A DNA stretch of 64,000 nucleotides from Utricularia gibba (taxonomy: Eukaryota; Plantae; Magnoliophyta): assembly GCA_002189035.1 (NCBI GenBank), contig CM007989.1:2976001-3040000 (forward strand), in the 5' to 3' direction. Below are positions 35,661-48,354 of the stretch, piece after piece (position 1 is the stretch's first letter; the number at the start of each line of letters is the position of its first letter). The position numbers and the translations under genes were made by a program. Below the pieces are notes generated by a model. The model had not been told where the DNA came from. It saw only the letters and a program-made list of their open reading frames with translations, and searched no databases.

Positions 35661-36756
35661 CTAGATTAACTTAGGGAATGGCAGTATCCCCTTGGGAGAG
35701 CTTGAGATTACATCTTTCAGTGTGTCTGTGTCAACGGCCTTTAGGGTCTGGTAAAACTCTTCGGGTAGTGGCCCTGGTCGATGCAGAGGAACATGCTTTG
35801 GCACAGGAGCATTATTCTCTATGACTTCACATTCATAGTCATCAGGAATGTCCCATGGCTTCCATTCTGTAACATGATCCAAGGAGCTGCTTAGTGAGAA
35901 CTCATAAGCAATGCAACAACAGGGTGTTTCGGTTTCAAAACTCACAAGCTAAAGCTAAACTATGCAAAATCAGGCTGCCCTTGAAACTGCTCATAACAAC
36001 TTAAAATGCACTCTAAAGTTGGATGAATTGGGAAATGTGAACTTGATCAAGTATGCTACCGCGCACAAGACTGATCTTCCAACTACAGCAACCCCCCTAT
36101 CCCGGAACACGAGCAAAACTCCAAGGTAAAAGGGAACATTGCTCGTGTATAAGATAAAGGGGATAACTTTTTCACTATCCAATCCAATAATTGGTCATTT
36201 CAAGTCTCAAGTCTCTCTTTTCTCAAGATGAGTAACCCCATTCTTCAGAAAGCCCTCACAGCTATGAGTATCAGAGCTCAGGCATCATCTCAAACGACAG
36301 TGGAATTGCACAGAGAAAATGAAAAAGAAGACAACTTGAAAACCCACATGCGGATGGACTAGGAATGTGGACGAACGTCGAACAATCTACACCCAGGACA
36401 TAAAAATTAGAAATGTAAAGACACGCCATTCACTCACCGTTTAAATGGCCGATGAGCTTGAGCTCATCTTGAGCTTCCTCAATCAACTCTTCAACCTGCC
36501 CACACCCCAGCTTCTTCTCGATCGCTTCCCAATCCTGTTCTTCCTGGCAAACCTGGAGACGGTGGGTGGTGAAGCTCTCCACAGCCTTCCGGTAGCCTTC
36601 GTCCTCCGGCACCGACTTGATCTCGTCTAGGGTTTTCGTGTAGAGCCCAATCAACACCTCTCGCGCATTGGGCACCACTTCCAAACCCACGATCCCCGTT
36701 GTCTCCTTCACCCTCGCCATCATCATCAGTGGCCGCGCAATCCGCCGGAGAAACAT
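35661..36756 (-). CDS. NDUFA5: Complex I subunit NDUFA5/B13 (2 exons)
   Basis: MFLRRIARPLMMMARVKETTGIVGLEVVPNAREVLI..GCGQVEELIEEAQDEL..|EWKPWDIPDDYECEVIENNAPVPKHVPLHRPGPLPEEFY. Confidence 0.95.
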
Positions 36757-37572
36757 CTTGATAATCTAATAATTTCAGTTTCAACTCCAGCAAATCGCTC
36801 AAAAAACAATGCTACTCGTTCCCATCCGCATCCCAGGGCAAGGATTAAATCGCAGTTGATGCCAAATGTAGGGGTCAGAACGAAATAAAAAAGAATTCCG
36901 GGGTCTATTTTCAACAAAACTTCATATATATATATATATCCAAATGTCAATAACCATACTAAATATTGTACCTTTAGATCATCTAAATTTCACAGTTTTA
37001 CTTTCTTAACTTTCGAAAAAAATGTCTTATTTAAAATTACGAGAATCCCTCTATTTAAATGTATCCCTTATTTCATCCATAATCAATATTATATATCATC
37101 ACTAAACCCGTTTATATATATTTCTACTTTTTTCTTATAAAAAATAGATGCAAACCAAATTATTTTTATTTTGGCACATGCAAATTATACAACTTTTCAT
37201 TATATTTTTCTCCACATTCAATTTTAAAGTTGTATTGCGGGCTATGTGAACTTCCATCCCAATGTGATATTTGATAATATAGATCTAATTCAAACTCGTA
37301 TAAGATAAGTTTGAGTAGAGATAATCTAAAAATGTGAGGAAATACTCCCTTTGAAGCCATGGATCATTACATAGTTATAATGAATAGGAAATGGGAGGTG
37401 AGGATTCACTATTTTCGTGGCAAAAGGCATTTTTATGTGTAAAATGTTATAAGCAGAAGCAAAGAACGAAGGAAGCCCTACAAATAAAATAATGAAAATC
37501 ACACAAATTATTCCCCCCATCACTTTTATCCAAATATGGAATTGGGACCCACCTGCACCGGCAAGCCTCCGA

Positions 37573-40157
37573 TTACTGGCGGTCCGCGGCGGCCGGCGCC
37601 GTCCAATACGTCTTCACTGCAAACAGAAGCTTCTCTCTCTTCAACGGCCCATCTTCGTGATCAATTATCTGGCTGTCCCAGTTCAGCCCGTCGGCGATTT
37701 TCTTCACCTTCACAAGGACATCCACATCGTCTCTGATGATCAAACTTCCCTCCGGCCGGAGAATCCGGTCCATTTCCAGCATTACATCATCCATTTCGCA
37801 CCTGTGACGTATGCCGACAACTTCTTACTTCTCGATGTACTATTCACTGGTTCAGTTCTTCGGGTTTCGTGGATTTACCTGTCCTTGTAGAGGGTGAAAA
37901 CTGAATCGGCATGGATTAGGTCGTAGGATCTCGGGTACGTTGACATTGCTTCGCACCTGCAGGGAGTACCCGATAGTGTTTGATCAGTTGATTGAAAGAA
38001 GATGTAATTTCGATGCTTCCTGGCTGCTATACTAACTGCTACTTACCAGCTGTGATAAGTTCCGATCAACCCTCGTTCATAAACGGCGCCTAGTGTGTTG
38101 ATCTTGGCTTCCACAGGGACGACATTCATGACCCAGAGTGGATCCCCAGCCAAATTTGCAGCAAATCCACCCAAGAAGGCGTTCATGTCCAGGATGTTTC
38201 GGTATCTCCCTGCATGTCCGAGCTGATTGTTGACTGTCTTATAGTATGACACTCTCCTTCCCCATAGCTTCATGTCTTCTGCAAATGCATCTGATGTCAA
38301 CCCGGTTACAGCTCCCCTGGCGACCCGAGGCGGCACTGCAGTCAGCCGTTTCGGCCATTTTTCCAGCTCCCCACCGGCCACCTCCTGCTCAGCAGCCACT
38401 CTTGGTAAGGGTGTTATGCATGGTTCCAAGTTGGTGTACCTGTAAAAGAGCATCATAGGTACGAACAAACTAAAGAAGAAGGAAGAGACATTGGATGCCG
38501 ATTGTACTTACCATGCTTTATCAGGGTCCTGTCTGGTGCTACAAATGGGAGGAAGGGTCTTCGTCACTCTCTTGTGCCTGTTGCAATGTAAGTGATTACG
38601 TGGTTTCTGCCATATTGCGATGTCATCTTTCTCAGCCAATTTTTTCCAGCACAGACTCCTGGTGACATTCTCAATTTGCATCTGCTCAGCGTTGAGGTCC
38701 TCTCTGGTTCGCTCCCAACCTTTCCAGTATTTCCTCCACCGGATGGGTGGACCGGAGAGGATCCAATACCCACCGGGTCGCAGAATCCGATCAACCTCGA
38801 TCAAATAGACTCCACCTGGACATTGGATAGAGAATCTCATTCATTTCTGCAGATGAGTAATGCAGCCAACCAACTGTGGTGATATCTACCGTATTCGCCC
38901 CAGGGAATCAGGCAGCGGGAGCAATGTGCCATGTCGAAAGCACGAGATGGGTACGGTAGCCTCTTCGATGCGATTACTCCGATCAACGCCGGCACCCCTC
39001 GCTCCAACGCGAACTGAACTTGCGCCTCGTGCGTGTCCCGCGGCGCAAATGACATCGTAAGAACGTTCCTGGGTAGAAGGTAAGCACCCCAGCTTGCCAC
39101 CTGCAAAATTCAGCTTCATTCAGTTGTCTGATCTGGGTTTACATGTTCAAGCCCATGACAGATTCTATCCCAGAGACAGTCCAAAGTACATGGGACAGGA
39201 ATGGGGCCTAGACCAATATGCTTTCCTAGATTTGCGAGGAAAAGCATCTTGATTTGCTGATAGCAGAAGCATAGTATAGTGAAAAAGATGCAGATGAAGG
39301 ACAGAGAAAACTTAGATTAATGTATACTAATCCTTCTAGGATGCTGGCAATGTAGTTTAAAGTATAATAATGCAGTCTTATCGGCCATGGATCTAGGAGG
39401 TAGGAAGAGAATGAAGCAAGCATACCCCACAGCCGGTGTCAATGGCGGTTCTGATGGACCCATCTTTCAAATTGATCAATTTTCCAATGTCATCAATGTA
39501 AGAATCCGCCCCATTAGGAAACATGGTCCCGCCGCCGGGGAACCTGAGCCGGTCACCTTCGAAACGGACCCAATTCTGTACAGCTTTCTCGACGGTGAGA
39601 TCTTTGTGGGGTACATTCGCGAACCACACCAGATCCCGGCTCGCCGGCCACCGGAACGGGGTTCGGTACCCATACGGCGCCGGGATTCGGCACTTGAGGT
39701 TCTCCGCCTTGGCAGGGCAATGCCGCTCCCTGTAAATCAAGCGCTCTCTGGGGAATTTCAGCGAACGGATGGGGTCCTCACACGGAGTGTATTCAGAGTA
39801 CTTGATATCACAGGGAGGGTACGATTTGGTTACTGCGGCGCCGGAGGAGAGCGTGAGTGAGCCGTCTTCAGAGGCGGAATGGTGGCTGGAGAAGTCCAGA
39901 TTGGAGGTGCTCCAAGACCGAGCCAATGAGGAAACGTTTCCGTGAAACTGCAAACAGGGTACGGCAGCAGTGGAGACGACAGTGACCCCGGCGCCTCCAT
40001 GGTGCCAAACTCCGATGAGGTAGCATAGGGAGCAGACAACGGCGCCGATGGCGAAAGAGTACAGCCGTCTGGGCATCTTGAGGAAGGGTGCAAGAGACGC
40101 GTTCGGCGGCTGATACTTGGCGATGGGAGCGAAATACGGCGGAAAAGGGCCCCCCAT
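37573..40157 (-). CDS. Golgi type-II SAM-dependent methyltransferase (PMT/QUA family, PMT15-like)
   Basis: TM anchor, [100 protein letters not shown]. Confidence 0.94.
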
Positions 40158-40798
40158 TTTCCGAGCCCCGATCACAGGAATTCAAAAGGGAGAAGAAGGG
40201 CGTTTTCTGTAAGGCGGAGGTGGGATATGAGGAGGGCGTGCTTCACAGGCCCGGTTGCTTGCGCTGGGGACTGGGACGGGGACGATGTGGGGAAGGCGAA
40301 GGCGAAATCCAATCAACCCAAACGGCGTCTAAATGCTATAAAATATATAGCTTTTTTTCCTTGAATAAAAACACAATATATTTTAACATTCAATAAAATG
40401 GAATAAATAAGAAATTACATATTTAATAATATTGGCTATACATTATGCCAATAAAATATGAAATTATGATGTAAATTTTATACACCAGTAAATTGTACCA
40501 AAAAACTCCAATAATTAACATTTTAATAAATAAATTACGTATTTTGTTTCCATTGGCAAAATTTGATATATAGAACATAATTAGTATTCGTATATTTAAA
40601 CACCGGAAATAATTAATCTCCCATTATTTAAAAATTCCATACAGTGACTTGGAGCTTACTTTTTTAAAAAAATCAAATAATTGAAAACTATTTATCTACA
40701 CCGTAGATATTAAATTCATTTTTTTAAAATTGTCCGTACTGAGAAAAAAAATTACACGAGTCGGGTCGGGACACGTGTGTGTGGAGATGGTAATTAAG

Positions 40799-41021
40799 GT
40801 GGGACCACATTTAATGTAATAATTTGTAGGGTTTGAAAACATAGTACTGGGGTGGAGTGCTTCAATGCAGCCTGCTGGAAATAGAATGCGTACTTTATTT
40901 TATTAATTAATTAATTACATAATTAGCAAAAGAGTGTTGACTGAGGCAATTAAATGCGAGCCAATCCGGAGCCAGCGGCATTGAATTAGTCACCTCTCTT
41001 TTCCTCAACCCGTGGTCCCAC
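40799..41021. promoter_or_regulatory. Inverted pair of class II TCP-type sites (GTGGGACCAC / GTGGTCCCAC) upstream of the PMT gene
   Basis: Exact 10-bp reverse complements at 40799-40808 and 41012-41021; G-box at 40772. Confidence 0.5.
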
Positions 41022-42923
41022 GCGCCATCAATGGAATCTTTCTTCTTCTCCAACAACAATCAACCAAACCAAACCAATCCTCCCCCAACGTATTTGTAAA
41101 ATTAATTAGGGTACATCCAAATTCTAATAAATTAACTTTTGGACCTCTTTTTTATTCATATTATTAATGAACCCCGAAAAGTAATGCTTTTTTTTCAATG
41201 TAATAAATGTATTTTATTTTTGAAAATAATACAAAAAAAGAGATAGACATATATGATGGTCATTAGAATAAGCAACACATGGACTCATAATTAGGGAATG
41301 AATGCATTGCTGTATGAAAATAAAAGGACACCACCCCCCTCCCCCACACACATGGACTCATAATATGTTCTAGATTTTATATGATTTACATTAGGCGTTT
41401 TCGTTCCGATCTATCGTATCCTGAATTTTAATGACAAACTATTATGAAATAAAAAACAATTATTTATGGTTTTCTTTGTCATTCGTATGATTTAAAATAG
41501 AGATGATCCATTCTCCAAAATGGATCCGTTAGAAGGTGAAGAGGAGGGGGAGGAGGCATGTTGTGGGATGGAAAATGGGATGGTCCAGAGTAAAGGGGAA
41601 GGGGAAGGTAGGGTGTGGACCAGGGACAACTTCTTATGCCCAGTCCGAGTCGGAGTCCTTGCAGACTCATCCCATCCACTCTTTCTCTTTCTCTTCCCAA
41701 CCTAACTCCCAGATTCCTTAACTAGATAACAATCGCAAGTCATTTTAAAAAGATTATATGTATAGTGGCATAGTGGCATCATTCTGGATCTAAAAGTACA
41801 TTCAAGTGCAGCGTCTTTAAGTAATTCTGAAAGTTTATGGAATGTGAATTTATGGTTCGGAGGAATGTAAGCAAAATGGGTTTTTTTTTTCTCCCAACAG
41901 GATGCATATGGGTGTGATGCAGGCAGAATCTGTCATCGAGGACTGCGAACAGGAAGGAAGCAGTGGGTCTGCTGGAAGCGTTCGCTATTGTATTCTTATC
42001 ATGCCGTGGGGTTTGTGTTTCCCCAGTGCTTGGAGGTGGTACGTTGGCTCCTTCATTGATGCGGTTAGTGGCATGAACTGGGTCGTCTCTGTGCTGGAAA
42101 TTCTTGACTCAAGTTGTGCGAAACAGACAAGGGGAATTCGACCTTTGTGATGAATGCTTTGGTGATTCACCTGAACATGAGAAGTTTGTGTTTCTTGTAG
42201 CAGGATCCACTTCTCAAGGACTGCTGCTCTGGGTAGCCGCCAGCCACATGATCATGATCCTCTTCTTGTGTGTAGTGCCATGAGCTTGAACTCGTCCGCT
42301 GGCAGCAGGATACAATCTCATGATTGCCAGGCTTCAAGTACAAACGAGGCGCAACAAACCACTTCTCCAAGAAACAGTATGGATCCATGACCTGATAGTA
42401 CATCCCACTAACATGGAACTAGGCAATGCATGCGAATCAGAAGGCTGCATGTTCATCAGATGTACAGTATGCAGAGATATAAAGCTTGAGAGATGTGATA
42501 CAAAATGCACATCAATGGATATTGACCTTGGCTCAAGAAACCCCACACGATGGTTCTTCACTGAAAGCACATCAATGGATTAAACATATCTCAATACTTC
42601 AACTGTATTAACAACACTCACATACTGTATGAGCTCTCTCATCTGCAAGGACAGGGCTCGGTAGAATAGACAGATCATTGAAAGGCCGAGTACAGCCTCA
42701 GGAACCAATTCATACGGTCACAGAATAAATATGTCATACAGATGTAAGATCAGGAATCTACTCATTCAGTGCATGCTCAAATTATTACATTTGGAAGTGT
42801 TTCCACTTGCAACTAAATAAAAAGGAAAACAGAACGTTAAGCTTGAATTAGTCTTCAGTTATTGATCCCTCATAAACAAACACAGTGTACATGTTAGAGC
42901 AGCAAATGTTGTTTGCCTTGGAG

Positions 42924-45900
42924 TCAATCCTTCCAGCTGAAGCTCATATTGTCATCAAGGTCGCTGTTAAAGAACATATTTTCATTGAAGTCATCAGAAA
43001 TGTCAGGAATGAACTCACTCATCGAATGAAGACTTTGTGACAAATCTGGTGCTTTTTGTCCCAAACCCGCGTGATCCGCAGGAGGTGCAGGCGACTGACT
43101 GTTGGAAGAATTGGGTTTACAACTGTAGCTTTCGTTGGATGGCTGGCCTCCTCCGGCAGTGGCAGTCACCGAAGAACCCACAAAACCACAGCCACCAGAA
43201 GATTCATCCCCAGTAGGATTCTGTATGGAAATGTTCTCCTGTGGAATTGTTCCCGTTCCCACTTTGCTCTTTTTGGTCATATTTTGCAGCATTTGTTCAA
43301 TCATATGCTGCTCTAATGCTTGGCTGCTTTGTGAAGACATAGATGCGTTTTGCTGTTGCAAGTTGCTGACGCTAGGTGAATGCATTTGCTGAAACTGCGG
43401 CTGATTCTGAGGCTGACAAGCAGAAAAGCCAGCGATTTGTGATTTCTGTAACAGAACACTCGTAGGCCCCGTATTTGTACCAAAAGGGGAAAACAATTCT
43501 CGCTGAGTTGAGTTGTTAGCCAAGTTCATAGAGTTCTGTCTGATCAGCATATTCTGGTAGTTTAAGGCAAACGCAGCTTGTGCTGTGCCACTCAAAGCAC
43601 CACGGACACCTGCATGTTGACTAATATTCATACGGCTACAGAGATCAGGATTCAATGCCATGTGTTCCCTGACTTGGTTTGGATCAGTTGGCAGACCTTG
43701 AAGACCAACCATTTGGTCAGTTTCCTGCGACTTTTGTAACTGGGCAGCAGGTCCACTGAAGCATCGAGGAAAGATTTTCAAACCCTCTGCAAAATAAATA
43801 GCAGAAAACCTCAATATTCACAACCCTCTTCAACTAATTCATACAGTTACTCACTCATATGCTTGTAAAAACACAAACGAGGAAAAAAACAACTTTCGAA
43901 ACATCACTTATTTGTATAATCATGGTACTTATCCTTCGAAGGTAAGTTGGAAACTATAGCATGGGCATCATAATGAAAGCTAAATACCACTCATGAACAA
44001 CGTGATTAAAACTAACAATCATGAACAACATAATAAAAATTAAGTACTACCAATCATGAACAATGCGATAAAAACTATGTAATACAAATCATCAACCACA
44101 TGATGAAAACTAAGTACCAATCATGAAACACATGATGAAAACTAAATACCCATAGGGCCCTTCTTCTGTTCTTTACAGAAATCCATCAAACTCTTCATGC
44201 TGTTCACAACATCAGCAATCTGCAGGAGGAGCCACATATGAAAGACATAGAGAAACTGAAAGATCAAATAAATATAAATAGATTTTGAAATGGATAAAGC
44301 TTGCCTGCAGGCACCGCACGTATCGTTTAGAAAATCCAAGGTCATTTAGTGACTGTAACTCCAAACTCCGAGAAAGCTGGCGACCAGCAGAAATTACTCT
44401 GCAGAAAGATGCACCATAACTACATATGGGATTTTATATTATGACTCAAATTTAGGCTATGAAGGAAACAGCGTTTGACAGCAAAATCGTCTGTAAGAAA
44501 ATAAATGAAGATCAGGAGTTGAAAATCTGGAACTAACAGAGCACTGTTTCCCTGTAAGTTTTGCTGAGAAGTATTGTCAGCTCCACACTCAGATATTGAA
44601 CTTTGACACTTCTGGGCGACCTGTAATAGTTGATTCACCTGCAGAAATGATCGAACCCAGAGCTTCAACACATTCGACTCAAATAAAAGTACTATGCATC
44701 AAGGAAAATTGAAGCTTCAGTCTGTATCAACAAATGGCACAACACGTGTACCTGAGGTGCAACCAACCTACGAGGAAGAAGTTCCTCATGAAATCGTGCA
44801 CAGAACTCCCATGACAATATCTAGAGAAGTCATAAAGAGTAAGAAAGAAGCAGTACAGGCAACCATGAGCGCTTATAATCAAACAAACCATCTCCAACTC
44901 ACCTTCAAATCAGGGGTGAAAATAATGCGAAGATGACCCTCATGAACAACCCGAAGTTGTTCATATACACTTTCTTGTCTAGCTTTTGCATATTCAAGCA
45001 TCATCACCCCAGACGGAAATCTAGACTCACGAGGCAAGTCCAGAAAGAGAAACTCATCAAGAATCCCGCTAGCAAATTTGATCTCATTAAGTCTAGGAAG
45101 GACTTCAAATGTTGCCTCTGCGAATATCATAAAAGTAACAAATTTCAGAGAACCATCAAAGGAAAGCAAATAATCAATGAAAAATTTTACATAATAAAAA
45201 TTAGTAGCTAAAATGTTCTTCAATAGGAAAACATGCCTAAAATCAGCTACTTATATGGGCTATCTCTTCAGAATGTGTCAAAACGTTATTGAATAATAAA
45301 AAAAAATTGTCGCACATGCACCATAAATTTAAAGCAATTTTCTAAGGAGCTGTTATAACGAGAGTCTCTCAGAGAATGTTGGGAGGGGGCAGAAAGAGTA
45401 TAGTGAAGGGAAACATACCAAATCCTCTTCCTGATTTGGAGCCACAGATGTCACATTGCCATGCATCCTGTGCAATGAACCACAGTTGATTGCAAGTTTT
45501 AAAAAGAGGGTAAAAGCAGAAGAGAAAAAAAAAAGGCCAATCAATTCCCAAGAAGCAAGTCACCATTGATGCCTGCGGAAAGGCCCCAAGAGAATGATGT
45601 CCAACACTATTATACAGAGATAGACACCACCTCTTCTTTGCACGTGGAGAGTAATATTCGGACACAAATTTCCTCCAATACTCGATAGAGTTTTCCTAAA
45701 AGGACACACAAATTTTGACGTTAAAACTTAACTGTAAGATTGTGAAAAAAATGTGGATGAGAAGGTGAAAGGTGAAAATAACTACTCACCGCAGGTCTTT
45801 GTCCCTCGTGATACAAATACTGCATTAGTCTACGTGAGCATACACCACCTTCATATGGATATGGGCGTTTAACAGCAGCTGCAGATGGCTGGGGCATCCC

Positions 45901-46679
45901 ATGCAACTGAAGCAGCTGCCTTAACTGCAGTTGTTGCTGCTGCTGCAATAGTTGAGCACGCTGCACTGGTGTCATAGCCTGAAAAATCTGTTGTTCTTGC
46001 TGCCTTAGCCGATGCTGCTGAATCAATGCTTGAAACTGAGGATTGGTGCCCTGAAGATTTGAAGGATCCTGTCGGTTAGACAACTGCTGCAGAATCTGCT
46101 GTTGCAGAATATCTTCATGCTTGATCTCCAAATGTGGCTTCCTTTGTAGTTGAGAGAAGGTTGTTGCTTCTTGGAGGTAAGAATTAGGCAACCTTCGACC
46201 AGCTGGGAGCTGACCTTGCCCCATGTTCATCAATGATGTAGCACAAGAGTTCCCAAAAGGCTGCTGATTTTGATGAGGTTGACCAACAGGGTCTTGATAG
46301 GAGGCTTGTTGTACGACAGAGGAAACATCCATGACAGAAGAACTGGACATGCTAATGTTGTTAGATGAGAATGATAAGGGTGAGGCTGGCAAACGCATGT
46401 ATGACTCTGTATTATTGCTAGCACTTCTCTGAAGATGAGGACCCCTGAGAGTCCGGAGTTGGCATCGGTTACCAATGAACTTGCTCCAACACTGGGTCCA
46501 GAGCTCGCCATACTATTTAAAACTCTGTCTTGGCATATGTTTCCCTGAGCATGTCCAGGTAATGCATTTGGAGAATTACCAAAATTAGAACTCAATTGCG
46601 AATTTCCATCTCCTTGAAAAGAGATACCAGAACTCGATGACGATTGCGGGATCCCTCCAGCAACACGTGAAGGCAACAT
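42924..46679 (-). CDS. SEUSS-like transcriptional co-regulator (SLK2-like, LIM-binding domain); apparent -1 frameshift at 46442-46445
   Basis: MLPSRVAGG..SSGISFQGDG..GPSVGASSLVTDANSGLSG[G]PHLQRSAS..MRLPASPLSFSSNN; Q-rich region; YWRKFVSEYYSPRAKKRWCLSLY; FEATFEVLPRL; WEFCAR; LNDLGFSKRYVRCLQIADVVNSMK. Confidence 0.93.
43969..44150. repeat. Degenerate about 30-bp minisatellite (about 6 units) in the last SLK intron
   Basis: Units resemble CATGATGAAAACTAAGTACCAATCATGAA(A/C)A at 43969, 44001, 44029, 44064, 44099 and 44131. Confidence 0.8.
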
Positions 46680-47687
46680 GAGGTGCTACTGGTTTTAGCC
46701 TGGTCCTATTGTAAGCCAGGTTTGTGTTCACAACTGACACTCGCGACATTGAAAATCTGCTCCCATGACACTGCAAAAATGAATAAAACGTCAGAGGAAC
46801 ATTAAAGGCAACCTGCAACAATGAACATAAAAACCTAAAAAACCTAATCTGGACAGCACAACACAACCTAGATCAGCAAAGAAAACTATTGGAGAATAAA
46901 AAATCCGCTGCAGACGAATTCAGAACGAACAGAGCGACATTAACGCAACCCCCTCTTCGAATCAAAAAAAGCACCCAAATCACACACTATCAAAAACCCT
47001 AAGTTACTCTCATCTGACAATCATCCAGCTTCCCAGAGAAGCGGTCAAACCTAAAACCAAAATCTAAACAGAAAAATCAAAGCTTAACAAGCAATCGTGA
47101 TTCCCAAATCTCACAAATCACCAGGAATCGAAGTGACTTACAAAGATGAAGCGATCCAACTAAAAAGTGAGCATCAATTGCCGAATTCAACATGAAACGA
47201 CTCCAAAATGAGGCGCGGAAAAAACAGAGACTCTCACAGAAGTCCAGGTTTGGGAGAAATTGGAAAGTAAGAAGGAAACCGTCGTAGGAGAAACTGAGAA
47301 CGGAAATTTTGGGATCCGGGCGTTAGAGCACTCCCTGGGCTCTACGCATATATTATATATTTTAATAAATCACAAAAAAAGATTCCTGTTTATCTATTTC
47401 TCATATTAAAGAAAAATAATTATTTAATTTGATTTTATTGGCCAATAGAATAATTTTACTGCTACCCCAATTTCATTTCTAAATTTACTCCCTTAAAAAA
47501 TTTATTAAAAATGATGCTGCTTTGTTGCAAAATATGGATGCATTCACTCTCTCTCTCTATATATTATATTATATATATTTTTATATTTTTTAATTATAAA
47601 TATAATGGGTCAACCTGGCCCAAGAGAATAATTAATGTAATTGAGCCGGACTGGCCCGCTTCCGCCCCGCCGTTGGGCCCGGATTCA

Positions 47688-47735
47688 GCCAACACGTGCT
47701 CTGTTTATCATTAAAAAAACAGAGCACGTGTTGGC
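47688..47735. promoter_or_regulatory. Perfect 19-bp inverted repeat, each arm containing a CACGTG G-box
   Basis: GCCAACACGTGCTCTGTTT - atcattaaaa - AAACAGAGCACGTGTTGGC. Confidence 0.85.
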
Positions 47736-48354
47736 ACGCTGGGGTGGGGACTTCGAGCGAAGGTATAACAAATGTTATTTCATAAGTCACGTGGATATTA
47801 AATTTAAAAATGTTACAGATATTTTTATTTATTTTATTGATTTTCAATAAAATCAATAAAATAAACCGGATAACCATGTCCACGTCACCATCAGCATGGA
47901 GATGGAGACGTCAGGGCATTTCGGTAATATAATTGATATTTGCCGTTAATATCAAAGCACTGACGGCAGTTAGATCCTTTTCTACTTCCTACCCCATGAG
48001 GTGAAAACCGGAAAGGTCTTTCCGACGTGGAGTGGTAGCGGTTGTTGCAGGCGGATCTGGTCTCTGCTGCTGCTTGAAAAGCTTTCTCATGCATTAGCGT
48101 TATCGGAGGGAGGACTAGACGAAGATGGCGACGTTTTTAGAGAACAATAGCTGGCTTCGCAGTAGTTTGTTGTCTTATTTATTGTTTGTGTTGGATTCTT
48201 GTTTGTCCTTGTTCGACAGCGATTTCAGTAGTTACTATTACGACGGGAAAGTTTCAATTTATCATGATTGTTCCTTCACCCTTCTGGTAAGGATCTCCGG
48301 TTGCGCCGAAGATTGTTATAGAAATCAATGGTTGTATGAGGTTTTCTCCAGTCG

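Noticed and set aside
48009-48024. Palindrome CGGAAAG-GT-CTTTCCG upstream of BAG
   Set aside because: 7-bp arms are expected by chance in 64 kb.
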